This document shows positions 63,386 through 64,000 of a DNA stretch of 64,000 nucleotides, in pieces (positions within the stretch are counted from its first letter, which is position 1; the number at the start of each line of letters is the position of its first letter). The notes beneath the pieces were generated by a model that saw nothing but the letters and a program-made list of their open reading frames with translations, searched no databases and was not told the origin of the DNA. The stretch is from assembly GCA_000182565.2 (NCBI GenBank), contig KQ257471.1; one strand, given 5' to 3'. The DNA is from Spizellomyces punctatus DAOM BR117 (lineage: Eukaryota). Position numbers and translations under genes: made by a program.

Positions 63386-64000
63386 TTAAAAACCGAAAGG
63401 AAGTGTCTCTATGACCTTAGACTCAGAGTTAAATTCTTGAACCACACGTTTGTTGTAGACAAACTTGTACTTTTTGCAGGGTGAGTTATTTTTTTCTGGT
63501 ATGATGATCTTTGTCTTGTTACGCACACTGTGTGTTTTACTAATGTTGATTTCGCTAAAGTTAAAATTAACACAACTCTCTTTCTCAATACCTTCATCAT
63601 CAATGTACCTAGGGTTAAATACTATATCCTTCATAGACTCATGTCCAAGATTGAGTCCATTTTCATATGAAAGTGCGAAGCCTTTACAGACCGTCTTTGC
63701 TCTCCCTGTTTTGTTGAGAATGTAAGAGTAATTCTTAGCGCCACCTGAAACAAATTCTACAATATGGTCGCCTTTCAATTCATCTGTCAGGTCTCCAAGA
63801 TAATTACCATAGGGCAAAGTCTTTTCAGTTGATCCTATATCATCATCAACATATATAATAGAATCAGTATCATAGTACAACACCTTTTCCCCTACAGTAT
63901 CCAGAACACTGTAAAGTTTACAACGAGCCAAAGCGGTAGTGTATGCAGCAATGAAAATACTAGTATTCTTGTCATCACGAACAGCAGCCTTATGCAAGGA
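63386..64000 (-). CDS. Polinton-type protein-primed family B DNA polymerase, C-terminal part (truncated by window edge)
   Basis: IAAYTTALARCKLY, LYYDTDSIIY, GNYLGDLTDEL, EFVSGGAKNYSY, CKGF, KRVV..TLPFGF*. Confidence 0.93.
   Translation of the reverse strand, partial: SLHKAAVRDDKNTSIFIAAYTTALARCKLYSVLDTVGEKVLYYDTDSIIYVDDDIGSTEKTLPYGNYLGDLTDELKGDHIVEFVSGGAKNYSYILNKTGRAKTVCKGFALSYENGLNLGHESMKDIVFNPRYIDDEGIEKESCVNFNFSEINISKTHSVRNKTKIIIPEKNNSPCKKYKFVYNKRVVQEFNSESKVIETLPFGF

Larger units (their letters stand above)
61900..64000 (-). mobile_element. Polinton/Maverick (adintovirus-like) element; left end not precisely defined
   Basis: Adjacent pPolB and rve integrase, intronless, AT-rich, separated by 1 nt. 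Confidence 0.85.

Overview
Eukaryotic nuclear DNA, most likely a zoosporic (chytrid-type) fungus. This is inferred from short ~50-65 nt GT-AG introns with CTAAC/CTGAC branch points and from TBC1D19, PRL phosphatase, Hippo/MST with SARAH domain, cactin and BLOC1S2. Bases 1-54.6 kb are gene-dense (about 30 genes) and mostly housekeeping: VPS28, Argonaute, cactin, PSF2, BCAT, Cys2-type acyltransferase, MetAP1, PLP2, EXO1, OXR1, cyclin H, SNF7, ALE1 and others. Four things stand out. (i) An intron-rich NRPS-like gene at 49.0-54.6 kb has the epsilon-poly-L-lysine synthetase (Pls) architecture, a Lys/diamino-acid-type A-domain code and an extra degenerate condensation-like N-terminus. (ii) A nuclear, spliced, apparently mitochondrion-targeted double-LAGLIDADG protein has lost both catalytic acidic residues. 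(iii) A Stc1-type zinc finger-repeat-RWD gene lies ~6.5 kb from a slicer-type Argonaute. (iv) A rearranged island at 25.7-28.4 kb holds direct repeats, a ~50-bp TIR/TSD mini-element and an orphan ORF with a decayed paralogous fragment. From ~54.9 kb the window is transposon territory: an inverted pair of LTR copies, a CpG-decayed chromovirus-type Ty3/Gypsy element, and the integrase plus pPolB end of a Polinton/Maverick. Gene boundaries were read by eye; spans include introns and some ends are approximate. All family calls come from motif recognition, not database searches.
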